NCBI GenBank assembly: GCA_013001695.1
Contig: JABDMC010000201.1
Location: 32,580-96,579, forward strand
Reading direction: 5' to 3'
DNA: 64,000 nt
DNA from: Akkermansiaceae bacterium
GTDB lineage: Bacteria > Verrucomicrobiota > Verrucomicrobiia > Verrucomicrobiales > Akkermansiaceae
Positions 60,669-64,000 of the stretch are shown piece after piece. Both the position numbers and the translations under genes were made by a program. The notes under the pieces are model-generated. The model was given only the letters and a program-made list of their open reading frames with translations, searched no databases and was not told where the DNA came from. How positions within the stretch are numbered: the stretch's first letter is position 1; every line of letters starts with the position of its first letter.

Positions 60669-62024
60669 TCAGGCCACGACCCCGGCGAGGACCTCGCGCT
60701 CGCCGTTCGGGTTGCGCCGCTGCACCGCGCCCCGCACCACCGCCCCGGGCGCGAAGGCGAAGAGCCCCTCGAGCTCCAGCGAGTCGGCCTCCACGAGGGA
60801 GGGCACGCCGAGGGCCTCGAGACTGTCGACCATCTTGTAGTCGGCGCCGAGCTTGATGACCGGGGGCACCCCCTCGCGCCTGGTCGCCAGCACCACGCAC
60901 CCGTCGTCGCGCACCTCGTAGGCATCCGAACGCAACGCCAGCAGATCGCCCGTCGTCTTGACGGGCGCGAACCGCGAACGGGGCACCTCCACCGCCGCCG
61001 CTCCCTCGAAGCACTCGATGGCCGCCCCCATGGCGGTCTCCAGCTGGATCACCGGGGTCGATTCCTTGTCGCGCGGATCGACGGTCTTGGCGTTGCGGAT
61101 CACCGGCAAGGGCAGCACCCCGCCCTGCGCCGCCATGACATCCTTCAGGACGTCGAGGCGCAGCCACAGGTTGTTGGTGTTGAAGAACCGGTGGCGATCG
61201 ATGTCCTGGAAGGATGCCAGGTCGTCCTCCGGGCACTGCGCCACCTCGCGCAGGACGAGGCGCCCGTCGCCCGAGCGCTTGGCGAGATGCCCCCCTTTCT
61301 TGTCGCTCTCCGTCCGCCGCGTCACCTCCATGAGGAAGGGCGCGTCACGGTCCGCGAAATACTGCAGCAGCCCGGCATCCAGGACCGCGCCGAGGTTGTC
61401 GCTGTTCGAGACGAAGGCGTAGCGCACCCCGGCATCCAGGAGGCGATCCAGCCAGCCGCTCCCGACGAGGGCCGGGTAAAGGTCCCCGTGTCCCGGGGGA
61501 CACCACTCGAGGTCGGGGTCCGCCGGCCACTCCACCGGCGCCAGCGTGGCGGCATCGACCTTGGGCACCTGGTTCTGCATCAGTTCGCAATCTTCCCCCG
61601 CCAGCGGTCCGCCCTCCAGCGCGGCGCGCGTGTCGGCGCTCGTCGCAAAACTGTTCATCAGGAGGAAGCGCACCTTCGCCCCGGTCTCGTCCCGAAGGTG
61701 CTTCACCTGCCGCACCATGAGGTCCAGGAAGCTCTTCCCATCCTTCACCTCGAGGAGGCTCTTGGCCTTCTGCAGGCCCATGCTGGTTCCGAGGCCGCCG
61801 TTCAACTTGATCACCACCGTCTGCCCGAGCAGCTCCGGCGAGAACTCCGCCCCGCCCTCCCCGCCCGCGGCGGGGATCCCCGAGGATGGCTCGATGGCCT
61901 CTTCCGCGAGAAGCCCCGACTCCCCGCTCACCAACCTCCCGTAGGCCCGCTCAAAGGCCAGGATCGCGGCTTCCCGCACCTCCGCCCGCTCCATCTTCTC
62001 CCGAAACGCGGTAAAATCTCCCAT
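60669..62024 (-). CDS. UTP--glucose-1-phosphate uridylyltransferase, UDPGP (eukaryotic-type) family
   Basis: 451 aa. VVIKLNGGLGTSMGLQKAKSLL..., ...FLLMNSFATS..., ...CPPGHGDLY..., ...FVSNSDNLGA.... Confidence 0.85.
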   Translation of the reverse strand: MGDFTAFREKMERAEVREAAILAFERAYGRLVSGESGLLAEEAIEPSSGIPAAGGEGGAEFSPELLGQTVVIKLNGGLGTSMGLQKAKSLLEVKDGKSFLDLMVRQVKHLRDETGAKVRFLLMNSFATSADTRAALEGGPLAGEDCELMQNQVPKVDAATLAPVEWPADPDLEWCPPGHGDLYPALVGSGWLDRLLDAGVRYAFVSNSDNLGAVLDAGLLQYFADRDAPFLMEVTRRTESDKKGGHLAKRSGDGRLVLREVAQCPEDDLASFQDIDRHRFFNTNNLWLRLDVLKDVMAAQGGVLPLPVIRNAKTVDPRDKESTPVIQLETAMGAAIECFEGAAAVEVPRSRFAPVKTTGDLLALRSDAYEVRDDGCVVLATRREGVPPVIKLGADYKMVDSLEALGVPSLVEADSLELEGLFAFAPGAVVRGAVQRRNPNGEREVLAGVVA

Positions 62025-62182
62025 GCCGCTGCGAAGTAGGCCGTCAGCGCCCAGCGGTCAATGGATTTGGCTCCAGCCCCCTGATTTCAAGGCACTCCCG
62101 CCCTGATCCCCGCGACCCCGGCCAACCGGCGCCGCGCTCCGGTCCGCCCGTGGCAAGATTTCTAGCCTCCCACCATAATGCT

Positions 62183-62197
62183 TGGCACAATTTCTGC
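62183..62197 (+). promoter_or_regulatory. sigma-54-like -24/-12 element TGGCAC-AATTT-CTGC upstream of rpoN itself
   Basis: GG and GC have canonical spacing. It lies 62 nt upstream of the rpoN ATG (62259), in an AT-richer divergent intergenic region. Confidence 0.35.
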
Positions 62198-62258
62198 TTT
62201 ATTGCGCTCGCCTTTCCGTCCGGAGGTGACATCCTGCCTGCGCACTCACTTCCGCGCT

Positions 62259-63653
62259 ATGGGCGACGCCTCACTCAATCAATCCCTGTCGCAGCAGCAG
62301 ACCCTCGCCCCGCAGATGCGGCAGAGCCTGGAGATCCTGCAGGCGGGGACGCTGGAGCTCCAGCAACTCCTGCGGCAGGCGCTCGAGCAGAACCCGGTTC
62401 TCGACGACGAGACCGCGACGCTCTCGCTCGACGAGATGGAGGAAGAGGAAGCCGGGCCGGACGAGATTCCGGCGGGCAAGGACGACGAGTTGCGGGAGCA
62501 GGCCATCCTCGAGAACCGGGCGGTGTCGTCGTCGCAGGACGACGAGGAGCGCCGCGAGCATCTCTACAACTCGATCGTGGCGCCGGAGACCCTGCAGCAG
62601 CACCTCGTCGCGCAACTGGAGCTTTCCGGGGCGGACCCGCAGGTCCGCGAAATCGCCCTCGCGCTCATCGGCAATCTCGATGACCGCGGATTCTTCGACG
62701 AACCGCTCCGCGAGCTGTCGGCCCGCATGGGGCTGCCGCTCGAACCGCTGCACGACGCCAAGCGCCTCCTGCAATCATTCGAGCCTCCCGGCATCGCCGC
62801 CGACGACCTGCGCGAATCGCTCCTCCTGCAGCTCGAGCGAACCGGCCGGCGTGACACCCTCGAGTACCGCATTGTCGATTCCCAGCTCGACGAGCTGGCG
62901 CGCAAGCATTTCCCGCAGATCGCCAAGGCGCTGCACACCACCGTCGACCAGGTGGCGGAGGCCGCGGAACACATCTCCCGGCTGGATCCCGCCCCGGGCA
63001 CCACCTTCGACGGATCCGGGAACCCCTACATCATCCCGGACGTGGCCTTCGAGAAGGACGAGACCGGGCGGTGGCAGGCGGTCCTCACCAACGAGTACCT
63101 CCCGCGGCTCCGCATCTCGGACACCTACAAGGACGTCCTGGCCTCCAGCGTGGACCGCAAGCTGCGCACCTACCTGCGCAACCAGTTGCGCGAGGGGCGC
63201 ACCCTCATCAAGGCCCTCGACCAGCGCCAGGGCACCATCCTCGCCATCGCGGACCAGATCCTGCAGCACCAGACGGAATTCCTCGAGAAGGGGGCGCGGC
63301 ACCTCCGGCCCCTCACCATGAACGAGATCGCGGAGGCGATCGACGTGCATCCCACCACCGTTTCGCGCGCCGTGGCCGGGAAGTACATCCGCACCCCGCA
63401 CGGCGTCATGGACATGCGCCGCTTTTTCGCCACCGGCTACAAGACCTCCGGCGGCGGGGAGGTGTCGAATGCCGGCGTGCGCGAGGCCATCCAGGAAATC
63501 ATCGCAAAGGAAGACACCGCCAAGCCGCTCTCGGACTCCGCCATCGAGAAGGCCCTCGCGAAGCAGGACCTCACGGTGGCGCGCCGCACCGTCGCGAAAT
63601 ACCGCGAGCAGCTCGGCATCCTCCCGAGCCACCTCCGGAAGAAGTTCCAGTAG
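62259..63653 (+). CDS. rpoN: RNA polymerase sigma-54 factor
   Basis: From ATG 62259: MGDASLNQSLSQQQTLAPQMRQSLEILQAGTLELQQLL... (region I). C-terminal HTH and RpoN box ...ARRTVAKYREQLGI.... Confidence 0.92.
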   Translation: MGDASLNQSLSQQQTLAPQMRQSLEILQAGTLELQQLLRQALEQNPVLDDETATLSLDEMEEEEAGPDEIPAGKDDELREQAILENRAVSSSQDDEERREHLYNSIVAPETLQQHLVAQLELSGADPQVREIALALIGNLDDRGFFDEPLRELSARMGLPLEPLHDAKRLLQSFEPPGIAADDLRESLLLQLERTGRRDTLEYRIVDSQLDELARKHFPQIAKALHTTVDQVAEAAEHISRLDPAPGTTFDGSGNPYIIPDVAFEKDETGRWQAVLTNEYLPRLRISDTYKDVLASSVDRKLRTYLRNQLREGRTLIKALDQRQGTILAIADQILQHQTEFLEKGARHLRPLTMNEIAEAIDVHPTTVSRAVAGKYIRTPHGVMDMRRFFATGYKTSGGGEVSNAGVREAIQEIIAKEDTAKPLSDSAIEKALAKQDLTVARRTVAKYREQLGILPSHLRKKFQ

Positions 63654-63734
63654 GGCGGAATGCCGCCCGGACCCGGCAGGCCGAAAATCCCCCTGTGACC
63701 GGCGGCCCGGCTGTGGTTAATTCCCGGCGGCAGC

Positions 63735-64000
63735 ATGACCGAAGAATCCATCCGCAGCGCCCTCGCCGGGGTCAAGTATCCCGGTTTCTCCCGCGACATC
63801 GTCTCCTTCGGCCTCGTCAAGAAGGTCGCCATCGAGGACGGAACCGTCGCGATCTCCCTGCAGATCCAGACGCGCGATCCGAAGGTCCCCGAGACGATCA
63901 GCCGGGACTGCCACGAGGTCCTCGATCCCCTCGCCGGCGGCCCGGACAAGGTGCGCCTCGACATCGACATCCAGGATCCCCCGGGAGCGCCCAACACCCC
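63735..64000 (+). CDS. Mrp/ApbC-type Fe-S cluster carrier, N-terminal DUF59/MIP18 domain (3' end beyond window)
   Basis: MTEESIRSALAGVKYPGFSRDIVSFGLVKKVAIEDGTVAISLQI... is the typical N-terminal domain. The P-loop part would lie past position 64000. Confidence 0.6.
   Translation, partial: MTEESIRSALAGVKYPGFSRDIVSFGLVKKVAIEDGTVAISLQIQTRDPKVPETISRDCHEVLDPLAGGPDKVRLDIDIQDPPGAPNT

Noticed and set aside
58161-62039. 1292-aa plus-strand ORF
   Set aside because: It is antisense to guaA, guaB, the HAD hydrolase and the UGPase genes. It has shadow-ORF composition.

Overview
This is a 64-kb, densely coding bacterial chromosomal segment. It is visibly GC-rich, roughly two-thirds G+C by eye (not computed). 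It shows the very long R/P/G/H/E-rich antisense 'shadow' ORFs typical of such genomes, for example the 2089-aa, 1292-aa and 1246-aa ORFs in the track. Gene content points to the PVC group, probably Verrucomicrobiota: a short ParC/ParE-type topoisomerase IV, a lamin-tail-domain exoprotein, a RAYT-like HUH transposase, sigma-54 and a TGTTC-N4-GAACA palindrome. This taxonomic placement is inference only. I call about 50 CDS, two tRNAs (Asn-GTT, Arg-CCG) and one tRNA-Asn remnant. Most genes are housekeeping: parC/parE; a polyphosphate cluster (ppk2, ppx, ppk1); a TetR-regulated RND efflux operon; bioB; a PatB/MalY-type lyase; an Hsp33-like chaperone; rpoA-rplQ; photolyase; an lhr-pdeM DNA-damage module; guaB-guaA; UDP-glucose pyrophosphorylase; rpoN; and the start of an Mrp/ApbC gene. 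I saw no rRNA, CRISPR array, prophage or recognisable defence island. The items most worth a second look are: (1) a stand-alone GIY-YIG nuclease gene sitting between an intact tRNA-Asn and a duplicated copy of that tRNA's 5' half plus upstream region. (2) A secretin / membrane protein / ExeA-like P-loop ATPase operon whose ATPase carries a ~470-aa Pro/Ala-rich tail with at least 13 SPF motifs. (3) A RAYT-like transposase flanked by inverted arrays of a short iterated motif, next to a 72-bp hairpin-bearing tandem repeat. (4) A ~540-bp non-coding, hairpin-dense segment downstream of tRNA-Arg. (5) A trypsin-fold paralogue with a degenerate catalytic triad and an inserted PDZ domain, next to an active S1C protease. 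(6) Several AT-rich perfect palindromes and sigma-54-like -24/-12 elements in intergenic regions. All functional calls come from reading the translated sequences against remembered family signatures. No database search was run.
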